64,000 nucleotides of DNA from Eledone cirrhosa (Eukaryota): assembly GCA_964016885.1 (NCBI GenBank), contig CAXHJY010001347.1, forward strand, positions 1 to 64,000. Direction: 5' to 3'. The translations under genes and the position numbers were made by a program. Below, in pieces: positions 1 through 22,511 of the stretch. The notes under the pieces are model-generated. The model was not told the DNA's origin and ran no database searches. It saw only the letters and a program-made list of their open reading frames with translations. Every line of letters starts with the position of its first letter. Within the stretch, counting starts at the first letter, position 1.

Positions 1-890
<890 letters not shown>

Positions 891-1171
891 GTTAAAAGAA
901 TAGAGGTGTAACACACAAGTTATTATATATTGGTAAACGTGCTGTTTGATGTGATCAGAGCAAACAGCACGGACACTCTATCTCAAAATTATTTTTGAAA
1001 AGCATTTAGAAATGCGCAACCGGTAAAAACTGTAAAAACTTGAAACCACAACTTAATACTAACCCATACAATCACTAATACTCTTTTATTCCTAATTAAA
1101 CCATTTTTCAACTGTGAACAATTTGTCAGCATTTTCTATTCCGTTTACCAATATATATATAGATATATATA

Positions 1172-2106
1172 TCTATATATATAAAACTGTGGTTGTCTGT
1201 CTGTCTATCGATTTTTGGCACACATCTCCTCTTAGAATCTCTCACGGAATTGCACCCAAATTGCTATACTTGTACATTGAGCCCTAGCAAAGACATCGGA
1301 AAAAAAAGATTTCAAATTGACCCACCCTATGTGACAAAATCGAATATAATGTATCGATTTTTGAGCGTAAGTTATCAGTTATTTCCTTTTTGTTCTGTTT
1401 ACATTGAGCGTCTTACGTAAAAAATTACGCTGGCTTTCTCAGCGTTTTAAAATGACATTAACAGTTGTCGAGCCAGCAAAATATTGACCTGCAAAATTCA
1501 TCAGTTCGAACACTAGGTTTCCGTTTTGCTTCATTTCCATTTAAAAGCATTTTAAAACAATATTTTTACTTGAAAACAAGTCTATTTAAAGACTACGTAA
1601 AACAAGCAAATATTTCGTCGTTAGGCGTGCAGACAGACAGTCGTGCAGACAGACAGTCGTGCAGAGAGGTGATATACGCGTGCAGACAGACAGTCGTGCA
1701 GAGAGGTGATATAGGCGTGCAGACAGACAGTCGTGCAGAGAGGTGATATAGGCGTGCAGACAGACAATCGTGCAGAGAGGTGATATAGGCGTGCAGACAG
1801 ACATAACTGATAATTTGGTTACGCTAATGTTTTTCTCTGCGTTGCAGTGTTTACATTTTCGATCTTTGTTAATAAATAACCAGTGCAGTTTCTATCCCCA
1901 GCATCCTCTTTTGTTATAACATTCGGGTTATCGTTATGTTTTCTTACTTCATAAGGCATATTGTTGGTTGAGGGAATATTAATCAAAAACACCACATGCA
2001 AGTCTGCACAGTAGACACTACAGTTTTTAAGCCAAGAAAGAAACTTAACATTGTAACTTTAACACAGCTACTGAGCGACCCGAGCAAGGCCGGGCTTTAC
2101 TGCTAG
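1172..2106 (+). mobile_element. Non-autonomous Helitron-like element
   Basis: A|TCTATATATATAAAA 5' end followed by short (GTCT)n; 3' hairpin CCCG-AGCAAGGC-CGGG (2079-2094) 8 nt before terminal CTAG|T; inserted between A and T without a TSD. Confidence 0.8.
1623..1803 (+). repeat. 37-bp minisatellite inside the Helitron
   Basis: About 4.5 copies of AGGCGTGCAGACAGACAGTCGTGCAGAGAGGTGATAT. Confidence 0.92.
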
Positions 2107-3606
<1,500 letters not shown>

Positions 3607-3831
3607 GTGTATAATACAGCCAGATCTCCACGCAATACTTTTTGTTAGCACCCCGAACGCTTAATTATGAATATAATCACTTATTTCCTAATGTTTGTTG
3701 ATTGAGTTGAAATTTGGCAGGAGTATCGCTAAAAAGCTTTCTCCGATATTGTATTTATTTATATATTGTGTATATATATATTTATGTTGTATATATATAT
3801 ATATATATATTGTGTATATATATATATTCAT

Positions 3832-3875
<44 letters not shown>

Positions 3876-3972
3876 ACTATATATATATATATTGTATATA
3901 TATATATAATTTGTATATATATATATTTATATTGTATATATATATATATATATTGTGCATATATATATATAT

Positions 3973-4015
<43 letters not shown>

Positions 4016-4076
4016 AATGCCAAAAATGGAATTGAACGATCAGCACAGTTGAGGTGTGTCAGACATCAATTTAATT

Positions 4077-4132
4077 TATCTGATGAGGACGTACTTAGGA
4101 AACAGTACAGAACCTCTGAAATATATATAATA
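4077..4132 (+). ncRNA. Type I hammerhead ribozyme (minimal, weak stem I)
   Basis: TAT-CTGATGA-GGAcGT...ACcTCT-GAAA-TATATA-TA-ATA; core intact, stem I only about 3 bp. Confidence 0.7.
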
Positions 4133-4177
4133 TAATATATTTGATCACATGAATGTCTATATTTATTAATATATGAA

Positions 4178-4238
<61 letters not shown>

Positions 4239-4340
4239 GAATATATATATATATATTGTATATATATATTTATTTATATATATATATATATATATAGTAT
4301 ATGTATATATATATATTTATATATATATATATATATACAT

Positions 4341-4482
4341 AGGAAAAAGTATAATCTCGACGGCAGAGCTCAAGCCGTTTCGACGGTCATACTTTTTCCT
4401 GTTTTCCACGCTACTACCTTAAGTATTGAGTAGTATGGTGCGTTATGGTCCATCTGGTTCCTTACCACAATTCCTTTGTTTC
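4341..4482 (+). mobile_element. Short fold-back PLE-type insert, family B (half HHR plus tail)
   Basis: Arms AGGAAAAAGTAT/ATACTTTTTCCT enclose an inverted GAAA-CGGCT..CCG-TC; tail homologous to 21950-22029 and 48778-48860. Confidence 0.7.
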
Positions 4483-9757
<5,275 letters not shown>

Positions 9758-10508
9758 GTTCAAGAGTAACCAATCTTAAAGAGAGAGATGGAGATAGGCG
9801 AGGAGATCTGAGAGGAGAGATTGGTGAATTAGTTAGAAGCCAAAGCGTAAAGGCATGTGCTCAATGTTCAATATGCAGTAGAAAGCAGCTAGGTGGCTGG
9901 GTTCATGCAAAAGTTAGGTGCGCAGAGCTGGAAATATTCATTAGTTAAGCAAAACAACACCACAAATTTCGCTGCTCCATATAATATTTCTGGATCAGAT
10001 GACTATATATCATAATCGATCTGGTTCAGTTGAAAATAAGTAACATATTTAAAAGAGAGAGTGGCTCATTGGAACTTCAAAGGAATATAAATTAAAATAA
10101 TGAGCGAATGCTACATAATATAATGTTCCATATATTGGTTTTTCAATATGGTGTCTTGGTTGCATCAGTTGTCAGCCATAATCAAGATGTATTCATCTGT
10201 CGAGGCTGCATTGTGTCAGATCTGCCTCTGGATAACAAGATGGCTGCAAAAGGCCGTATTTACCTTACTAATTAGAGGGTGGTTTCAGGGGAAGTAACTC
10301 CTCGAGAGATTAGAAATTGTGGGTATTTTTAGTTAAGTGGTAATTTTTAAATTTTTTAATTGAGAGAATGTATTATTATTATTCTCTACATTCCTTACAT
10401 CAAACTAAAATATGTTGACAATCTTTTAATAATGTCTTCCTTGTGAAATGTGTGTTCTTCTTTTGCTTAACTATTGAATATATATATATATTGTATATAG
10501 ATATTATA

Positions 10509-10552
<44 letters not shown>

Positions 10553-10944
10553 ATATATATATATTGTATATATATATATTGTATATATATATATTGTATA
10601 TATATATATATTGTATATATATATATTGTATATATATATATATTGTATATATATATTGTATATATATATATATATATATTGTATATATATATTGTATATA
10701 TATATATATATATTGTATATATATATATTGTATATATATATATTGTATATATATATATATATATATTGTATATATATATATTGTATATATATATATATAT
10801 ATTGTATATATATATATTGTATATATATATATATATTGTATATATATATATATATATATTGTATATATATATATTGTATATATATATATACAATATATAT
10901 ATTGTATATATATATATATGTGTATATATATATATATTGTATAT

Positions 10945-11302
10945 AATAAAGTTAAATAAAAGTCAAATGATTAAAATTTAGCTTCGTTTATTACTGCTCT
11001 ATATATTTCAGTGACAGCCATCTTTGGCTGTGACCTCTTCAGGCAGTTTGAATTAGTATGGTATAGATATATGTACTTGTCTATACCATACTAATTCAAA
11101 CTGCCTGAAGAGGTCACAGCCAAAGATGGCTGTCACTGAAATATATATAGCAGTAATAAACGAAGCTAAATTTTAATCATTTGACTTTTATTTAACTTTA
11201 TTTTACACTACTCCGGAGTAACCAAACCAACCTGCGCACTTCGTCGAGTGTTCCAGCCTGCATACTGAGGTGTTGGTATACAACCAACATAAACTCAAAA
11301 TC
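10945..11302 (+). mobile_element. Fold-back HHR element (PLE pseudo-LTR-like)
   Basis: Inverted arms 10945-11067 / 11080-11202, 12-nt loop, ~100-nt unique tail, flanked by (TA)n. Confidence 0.85.
11100..11154 (+). ncRNA. Type I hammerhead ribozyme
   Basis: ACTGC-CTGAAGA-GGTcACAGCC-AAAGAT-GGCTGTcACT-GAAA-TATATA-TA-GCAGT; the mirror copy on the minus strand (10993-11047) has GA instead of TA at the cleavage site. Confidence 0.92.
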
Positions 11303-11610
11303 TATATTGTATATATATATATATATATGTTGTATATATATATAGTATATATATATATATATTATTTATATATATATAGTATATATATATATTATTTATA
11401 CGAAGCAACCGGAGGAAGACAGGAAGACGATACTTTGGTTCGTGGTACGTTCCCTGGAAAAGAACAGGAAAAAATTATTTGGAGCGGTGAAAAACAATTA
11501 CACGCAGAGACAAAACCACGTTTATGGTATAAAAGAAGTCGTAGACTAATATTCTATTAGATGGTTTATAGAGACGTTCTTTGGATTTTAGTCTTCATAT
11601 TTATTATTAT

Positions 11611-14262
<2,652 letters not shown>

Positions 14263-14455
14263 CACAATATATAATCCGTATAACAAAACATGTTTTTATA
14301 TTTGATTGACAACGAAATATATTTCTCTACTTGTTTCAATGTTTTTTCCTAATCATTTTTTGTTAGGACACATATCACTCTTGTATCTTTTCTTGTGTAA
14401 ATACACATACACTCACTTATATATATATATGTATATAGGTGTGTATATGTATATT

Positions 14456-14532
<77 letters not shown>

Positions 14533-14534
<2 letters not shown>

Positions 14535-15145
14535 GGTGGCTGCCAACTCGATTTCGAGTACGGCCACTACTTTATATTCATGTAGGAGAACCCCTACCGA
14601 TGCACTGAACGAGTGTGACTTTTTAGCCCAGCCAGCGACTTGAAAACTCTGGTACAAACACTACACTTGTGACAATTATTGACACATAGTGCTGGACCCA
14701 TGGTACCATATGACAAGTGCAGAGAGATCTCCAGATACAAAGCAATGCCTGTGCCGTGAAGCTTTTATATTTAGCAAAGGCACTGCACAAAGTCAGTCCC
14801 ACTCTCTTAACCAAGATGATATTTACCAAAAAGAAGTACAATCAACATCATTGGATACCATCAGGGTTGCAGGTGCTATATCAGAGTTTTCCTTCTCCTA
14901 GAATTCTGCCTTGACAAAGGCTAAGGAGTCATCTCTCCCGGTGATTTTGGATGGCCATTGACTCTTAAGAGCTCATTTGCCCTTTTCCCTTTGACAGGTT
15001 TTGTTTTTAGTCCTGCAGGATGTCCAAAGTCACCCTCCTCACCAAGAAACCTTGGTGGGGTTGCCAGTTTAGTCGCCAACGACCCGACCATGACACAGGT
15101 TGTACTGGGATACATGTTACCAGTAGCACCAACTGCTGACCTGAC
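14533..15145 (-). mobile_element. ~610-bp non-autonomous RTE-derived element, copy A
   Basis: Near-identical to 34607-35222 and 49511-50118; RTE-like 5' UTR motif (CTAGGAGAAGGAAAACTCTGAT) fused to a C2H2-like ORF end and a 3' CTCG..CGAG hairpin, followed by a (TA)n tail. Confidence 0.75.
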
Positions 15146-15162
15146 ATAACATATATATATAT

Positions 15163-15200
<38 letters not shown>

Positions 15201-15201
<1 letters not shown>

Positions 15202-15259
15202 GGAACCAGTAAGACCCCGACGGCTGAGTTCAAGCCGTTTCGACGGCTAATTCTGGACT
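15201..15259 (-). mobile_element. Isolated inverted arm, family B (3' half of an HHR)
   Basis: 15201-15254 is the reverse complement of 21896-21949 at 52/54 positions. Confidence 0.8.
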
Positions 15260-15269
15260 AAATATATAT

Positions 15270-15324
<55 letters not shown>

Positions 15325-15333
15325 CATATATAT

Positions 15334-15388
<55 letters not shown>

Positions 15389-15519
15389 CATATATACATT
15401 CATATATATATATACATATATATATACATTCATATATATATATACACATATATATACATATATGCATACATATATATTTACATACATACATACCTATATA
15501 TATATATACACATATATAT

Positions 15520-15554
<35 letters not shown>

Positions 15555-17019
15555 CTTACATATATTTATATACATATATACATACATATATATGCATACA
15601 TATATATCTACATATATACATACATATATATATATATATATACATATACATACATATATATATATACAAATATATATACATATTTATATATACATATACA
15701 TATATACATATACACATATATATATATACACATATATATACACATATATACATTCGTATATACATATATATACACATGCATGCACGCACACGCACACACG
15801 CACACACACATATATATATATATATATATAATTAGAAAGTGAGGTTTTTTTTACAAAATGAAAAATAACCGAGGTGTCCTACACAAGTGAAAGTATAAAG
15901 AAAAAAAGATGAAATCGAAAATGCAACTGGAGTCTTATTTTTTTTTTAAATATATATATTTATTTGGTTCCTTTACCGGTTTCGCAGTTCTTCTGCTTTT
16001 CAAAAGTAAAGTTGAGATGGAGGGTCTGTGGTTTTTACATATCTCAGTCATTCCATTGTTTTTACATTTCCTCGTGTCACACCAATCTCCACACCTCACA
16101 GTTGATATTATCTTACACCTTCTAATCTGAGAATCTTGTATTGATGGATCATTTTTACCCAATCATTTTGCCAGTCCCTCCATCTCCTTCTCTGTTTCCT
16201 TAACTTACTCTCTCTGCCTGTATGTCCTTGTCACACTCTCTCTCACTCTCTCTCCCTCTCTCTCGGACTTTCCCTTTTTGCATATTCTCCCTTGTTTTTC
16301 CTCTATTTCTCGTCCATTCTCTCTATCTGATTCTCTCTCTCTCTCGCCCCCTCTACCTCTCTTGCCCCCCTCTCATTCTCTCTCACACTCTCTCCCACTC
16401 TTTCTATTTCTCTCTCTACCTATCTATCTATCTCACTCGCTGTCTCTCTCTCTTCAGTCTTTAATTTTTTTCTGCTGAAATAAATAACTATTTTCGCAGG
16501 AATTCCAAAGAATACATTATTTTTGATAATTTACAATTATTTGAGATTGGGGAATAAGATTCTAAATGTTCAGGTTTTATTTTGCACTATTAACTTCAGT
16601 TTTATTTCAGCTATGAAAAAATGCGTAGGTTTTGGGAGTTTACTTTATTTATCTAATTATTTATTTATTTATTTACTCATTTATTTATTTATTTTCCTCA
16701 ATTGTACGTTTTCATACGTCTCAACTCCCAACTCCTATTTCGAAGTGATTATGTGGATTTTCTCTGAGATACGTAGTTGGTGATCACTGATTCGATTTGA
16801 TTGAAGGATCGTTATTCATGACATCGGCTTAAATTAATAACTATTATTACTGATCTAAACTCATCGTCATCACCGCATCATCATCGTTGTCGTCACCACT
16901 ATCATCATCAACAAGAGTATGTTACATCCACTGACATTTTACAGGGTGTGCCGTAGCACCACACTTGATATTAACTAGTGCCCTCTGTTTCTATATTATA
17001 TGTAATGTTGTTGTTGCCT

Positions 17020-17245
17020 ACTAGATATCGGTCGCTCTCCGACAGGCTTACGGGTGAGCCAGTGGCTGTGGAGCCTTCTGGTGTCCTTAGCCCTAGAGCC
17101 ACCTTCCTACTCACCATTATCGGCACAGAGTTGGCGACCAGCCGGTATGAGCCTCGCGAGCAGGTCATGGCTCTTCCAGCGCGCCTACCTCCACATTCTC
17201 CGGGAAACGCCTTCTCTATTCTGTCTGCTCTGGCCGCAGACAGCC
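17020..17245 (+). pseudogene. CRE-like non-LTR retrotransposon C-terminal (RLE) remnant
   Basis: YRSLSD..EPVAVEPSGVLSPRA...EPRE / WLFQR..HILR / GNAFSIL across frameshifts, resembling the CRE-type PxAVETxG...QRxSxAIQRGNA motif. Confidence 0.65.
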
Positions 17246-17462
17246 AGCGCATAGGCTCCCATTTTCTCATAATAGTGAACGTTGAGGAGAGCGGTAGAGA
17301 CGGAGTCAGTGACAGTGAGAGTTTGGTTCTTTTGTGTTCGGACCTGGTGTATATTTATATGTTCCACGGACTGACACAAGTCTTATATACTAGCAATATT
17401 AAGTTTTTAGCAGAATATTGACTCCCAAGAGAGAGGAAAGACTGAAGATTCTAGTAGAAGAT

Positions 17463-17645
17463 AATTGTTTCTACTTTAGGCACAAGGCCAGCAATTACCC
17501 AGTGCATTACTGGTACTTTATTTTATCGACCCCGTAAGGATGAAAGGCAAAGTCAACCTCGGCGGGATTTGAACTCAGATCGTAAAGGGACGTAACTATG
17601 CTGGAAAGCATGGCGTCCGACCCTCTACCGATACTGCCAATCCAC
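17463..17645 (-). mobile_element. tRNA-type SINE family A
   Basis: A-box TGGCAGTATCGG, B-box GAGTTCAAATCC, core GCCTTTCATCCTTACGGGGTCGATAAAATAAAGTACCAG (resembles the Deu/Nin domain), ATT tail; diverged relatives at 17648-17868(-) and ~17915-18065(+). Confidence 0.9.
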
Positions 17646-18537
17646 AATGGTTTCTAATTTGGGCACAACATCAGTAATATATAAGGGTGTGGGGGCGAAG
17701 TGCGATGACAGGGACTCAAATACTTGACAAGTACTTTAGTTTATCAAGCCTAGAATGATGAAAAGCGAAGTTGACCTCACCGGGATTTGAACTCAGAACA
17801 CAAAGAGTTATCAGATGTACCAGGAAACATTTCGTTTGACGCTTTAACGATTTTGCGAAACCCCGTCTTCCCACACCTTTAAATGTCAATAAGAATGTTA
17901 TTGAATTTAATTCGAGGGGGAAAATTGACAGAGCCTTTAGAGTGGTGTATTATAAAGGCCTGGGTATTTTGTTTGGCGCACTGTACTGAGTTCAAATGCC
18001 GCCATGGTAAATTTTGCCTTTCATTATTTCGATTGGAGGTCGACGGATAATGTGCCAATTCAGTAATGAGATCGATTGCCCCTTCTCTCTCTTTTCGTGG
18101 AAGAAATTTGCTGTGTTCCTACTTGGCAATTGATGGGGCCAGCCAGTGTCGGTTTTAGGACGAATGAGGCTCTGCGCAAGTTATGTTATGAGGCTCCTTA
18201 CTTGTGCCCTCAAGGAGGTAGGCTCGATAAAAAGAGATTGGCAGGAATATACCCCCGGCCAAAGTGGCCCTGTGCTAAAGCACACCTAAGCACAATGGTA
18301 AATCCTGCACTGAGGCCTGCCAGGTTTAATATGTCCGCGATGTGTGTCAAGTCGGAGCCCCGACGACGCTATCCGATGTTAAGTGATCAGTAATAAAGGT
18401 TGCAATAATTGACGTTTCAATCCAGTGTCTATCATCTAGATATACAGGAAAAGGTGATGTTATAACTGGCAATGTTGTTTTAATCGATATTACCTTTCCG
18501 AATTTAACTCTTTATCTTTCTTTATATTCTTCCATCA

Positions 18538-18598
18538 GTCTATCTATCTATTTCTATCTCTATCTATCTATCTGCTTGTCTGTCTGTCTATCTAACTG

Positions 18599-18661
<63 letters not shown>

Positions 18662-18664
18662 GAC

Positions 18665-18700
<36 letters not shown>

Positions 18701-18702
18701 CA

Positions 18703-18744
<42 letters not shown>

Positions 18745-18770
18745 CATCTGTCTGTCTGTCTGTCTGTCTC
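18538..18770. repeat. (TCTA)n/(TCTG)n tetranucleotide repeats
   Basis: Direct inspection. Confidence 0.95.
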
Positions 18771-18926
18771 AATTAGTCTTCCTGTTTTTATAAATTTTGC
18801 TTTGTTCATGTTTGCGCTTTCCCAATTTTATTTTGTTTTTGTAATTAATTATTCAATAAAATGGTATTGGACCTACTTCTCCACACACACATATATATTC
18901 ACACATATATACACACGCACATACCC

Positions 18927-18973
<47 letters not shown>

Positions 18974-19559
18974 CAAAATTATCATTTTCACATTTATAAA
19001 ATTAAGTTTTTTTCTGAAAAATCTCTGAAGCAGCAATTTTTATATTAGAAATTCTGAAATTTTGAGAATGGGGAAAAAAATGAAAACTTGGGGTTTAAAA
19101 ACTATAAAAACATAGATAGGGAAAAAAATCTATTTAAAAAAAATAGGCTATTATGTTATCAGGCCAGTGAACTAGAACAGAAAAAAATTTAAATAATTAT
19201 TTAATTCATTTTGTTGTTGATGATGGCTTATTAAAATAACATATTCATTCTTAAAATATCTAAAATTTATAGCAAAACCAAAGCATTAGAATAAATAAAA
19301 TAGTAATAATATAAATATGAAGGTAAAAGGTATAGGAAGAAAAAAATAATTAGCAAATTTTGTAAAATAAAAAGACAAAAAATAAAAATAAATTATATGA
19401 AGTGTGAAATTGATGAATATTCTTAATTTTAATCTATTTAGTTTCACAAAATCATCTGTTTGAAATATTGGCTCTGACTTATTGTTTTTTTTTTTTAAAT
19501 ATATATATATGTTAGGGAGAGTGTGTTTTTAATGGCATAGTAACAGTTAACACACCGAC

Positions 19560-19745
19560 CAGTTCAATGGCAGCTACTATTAGGTAATCCAGTTCAACCT
19601 TCTTCATGCTCGAGTGGTCGGCGACTAAAATGGCACCCTCCACGGTCTGGTGAGTTAAGTGGAAACCCAGCTGCACAAAAAACAAGAGCTTTTAAAAGGA
19701 AGGGCAGATGAACTCTTCAGAACCAATCTCCATCCACCCCAACTA
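19560..19745 (+). mobile_element. Diverged relative of the RTE-derived element 5' part
   Basis: CCAGTTCAACC..TCATGCTCGAGTGGTCGGCGACTAAAATGGCA aligns to CCAGTACAACC..TCATGGTCGGGTCGTTGGCGACTAAACTGGCA. Confidence 0.6.
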
Positions 19746-20094
19746 TGGGTTAAATATCCTCACCAACCCACAATTGGCTAAACGTGGTGAGTACAGCTAC
19801 ACACCTGACATGACCAAAACCAAACGGAAAGCGGTGGAGGTCAAACAAGGAGGGGCTCTTTTAATAGGGGGAGAAGGTCCTGGATTAGTTTATTAGGTGA
19901 GGAAGGGCTATTTAGTTCACTTGTATGACCAAATGTATCCTGTTTGATATGTATTTGTGTGTGTCCTGTTTGCTAGTCGAGAGATGTAGATATCAGCAAT
20001 TTATACCATCACTATCTCAATGCTTCCATCCCGAACAGTGTGCAAGAGCGCTCTATGGCGTGCAGGTCTTCAGGTGGATGCAGCTTCATGGTTC

Positions 20095-20295
20095 TGGTGA
20101 ACATAATGGAAACAGCGTTACCCTGGAGGACAGCGTTGATCTGGTGTAACCCAACACATTATCTTCTTGTCGGAGAGCGACCGATATTTGGGGAGCTTAC
20201 TATCCTCGGCAGGAAGTGCAGCAGAGCCTGGCTTAGTCGCAGACTGCAGCAGGTTGCCGCTGGAGAATGTGTCGCTACATGTGGCACCCCATTTG
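20095..20295 (-). pseudogene. CRE-like RLE remnant with internal gap
   Basis: WGATCSDTFSSGNL..SA..PGSAA..AEDSKLPKYRSLSD followed by AVLQGNAVSIM. Confidence 0.65.
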
Positions 20296-21053
20296 ATTGA
20301 TGTTGTAAACCAACACACCACCCCCCTCTTTAACACAATTCATTTAAACTGTTCCTCTTCTATCAAGGAAATGAAACTGTTTGTTGACTTTTTGGACCTA
20401 GCAGAATCTCCAGTTTAACACGACCTACCACGAGGTTATATGGTGGATTAGTCGACTGGTGAAACGACATGGTGCAATGTGGTTATTGTTGATTGTGTCG
20501 TTGAGACTGTCGTTGTTGATGATGATGATGATGATGTAATTGATGTTGTTATTGTTGATGCCGTCGTTGTAAATGATGATGATGAGGGTATTGATGTTGA
20601 TGTTATTGTTGCTATAGTTGAATCTGTTGATGGGGATGTTTTTGTTGTTGTTATTGTTGCTGTCAACGTTGTTGTTCTGGTATTTGACGTCATATCGACG
20701 TTAAGATCGATGTTGTTGTTGTTATTGTTGTGATATTTTTGTTGATATTCTTATTGTTGCTGTTACTGTGTTTGTTCGTATCTAGGAGCTCTGGTAGACT
20801 TTTATCGATAATATTCCTTCGTAAAATCAAGTAACATACTGATACTGGAGTTGATTACATCGACTTTACTCTTGCCTTAAATTTACCGACTATGTGTCTG
20901 AATTAGACATCAACATGTCTTGCTTAACCTGGGAAGGAGAAGTTATTTTAGCAATCATTTTTCTATGTCTTATCAACAATCTTTCTCTTCCACTCACTCT
21001 TCTCCCATCGCTCTCTTGCTCACACAAAACTATATATATATATATATATATAT

Positions 21054-21501
21054 ACAATATATTACTAAATGGAAACTATATGTATAAAACCATATTTATT
21101 TTATTATACATATTTCAAGGGCAACCAAGGCTAATTATGGTGCGCTTTCATCAGATAAAATAAAGATTTGTTTTATAAATAAATATTGACATACCTTGAA
21201 AAAAGACAACCTTAACGGTTGGAGCTTCCTGGACTATCCAGGAAGCTCCAACCGTTAAGGTTGTCTTTTTTCCGGCTCCGTCAATATTTATTTATGAAAG
21301 AAATCTGTATTTTATCTGATGAAAGCGCACTATAATTTGCCTTGGTTGCCCTTGAAATATGTATAATAAAATAAATATGGTTTTATAAATATAGTTTCCA
21401 TTTAGTAATATATTGTGTATTTACTCCACTAAACAGTTGAGTGCTTTATATCAGTTATAACAATTTTTAAGCTTGTTGAATCCCAACAAATTAAATATAA
21501 C
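21054..21501 (+). mobile_element. Fold-back HHR element
   Basis: Arms 21054-21233 / 21237-21416, 3-nt loop, unique tail to about 21500. Confidence 0.85.
21308..21373 (+). ncRNA. Type I hammerhead ribozyme
   Basis: TATTTTAT-CTGATGA-AAGcGCA...TGCcCTT-GAAA-TATGTA-TA-ATAAAATA; mirror copy in the left arm. Confidence 0.88.
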
Positions 21502-21805
21502 CTCTCTCTCTCTCTCTCTCTCGCTCTCTCGCTCTCTCTCTCTCTCTCTCTCTACATATATATATATATATATACAAACAAATGGAAGTACACCATATTC
21601 GAAGCCAGAGCCTCAGCCAAGCCAACGAATGCTTTCAGAAGTGCAGCCAAGCACTCGACAAGGTATAGGACCTCAGAGTAATAACATACAGTTTAAAGGG
21701 CTTTGCAAATGGAAGACAGAGACCGGTAATTTTGCCGGGATCCGTAGCTACGAAAGAACTGACTCGTGAGAAAAATTTCATATACATATACATATATAAA
21801 AATAT

Positions 21806-21886
<81 letters not shown>

Positions 21887-21895
21887 GAGAGAGAG

Positions 21896-22029
21896 AGAAT
21901 TAGCCGTCGAAACGGCTTGATCTCAGCCGTAGGGGTCTTACTGGTTCCTATTACCCACTCTACTACCCTAAGTATTGAGTACTTTGGTGCGTTATGATCC
22001 ACCTGGTTCCTTACCACATTTCCTTCGTT
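21896..22029 (+). mobile_element. Family B insert: HHR 3' half plus tail
   Basis: GCCGTC-GAAA-CGGCT-loop-AGCCG-TA-GGGGTC followed by the ACTC..GAGTAC tail; the CTGANGA half is missing. Confidence 0.75.
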
Positions 22030-22042
22030 ATATATATATATA

Positions 22043-22459
22043 TACAATATTAAATAAATAAATGGAAACTATATTTATAAAACCATATTTATTTCATTAT
22101 ATATATTTCAGGGATATCATATTAACAATATGCTATGCCTTCCTCAGACAAAATACAATATAAACAGTTTTATAGATAAATAGATTCGACATACCGTAAC
22201 AACATCGACTTGTATTTGAAAAGGTTGATTTGGCAGGTTGATTTATCTATAAAACTGTTTATATTGTATTTTGTCTGAGGAAGGCATAGCATATTGTTAA
22301 TATGATATCCCTGAAATATATATAATGAAATAAATATGGTTTTATAAATATAGTTTCCATTTATTTAATATTGTAAATATACTCCAAATACTTGTCGAGT
22401 GCTTTTATATCAGTTATAAATATTTACTAGTTGTAACCCAACAATTTAAATATAACTTT

Positions 22460-22461
<2 letters not shown>
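22043..22461 (+). mobile_element. Fold-back HHR element (same family as 21054)
   Basis: Arms ~22043-22181 / 22241-22375; shares AAATATGGTTTTATAAATATAGTTTCCATTTA and the tail with the 21-kb copy. Confidence 0.85.
22267..22332 (+). ncRNA. Type I hammerhead ribozyme
   Basis: TATTTTGT-CTGAGGA-AGGcATAGCATATT-GTT-AATATGATATcCCT-GAAA-TATATA-TA-ATGAAATA. Confidence 0.9.

Positions 22462-22511
<50 letters not shown>

Noticed and set aside
924-1157. Small inverted repeats (TATATATTGGTAAACG pair; CGTGCTGTTTG hairpin)
   Set aside because: Possibly another fold-back remnant, but no HHR core or tail hairpin was found.
15050-15145. HDV-like ribozyme at the 5' end of the RTE-derived element
   Set aside because: Some P2/P4/CTAA-like parts fit, but I could not build P1 and the pairing is not kept in copy D.
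17463-17645. tRNA gene
   Set aside because: The A/B boxes belong to a SINE head; no cloverleaf.
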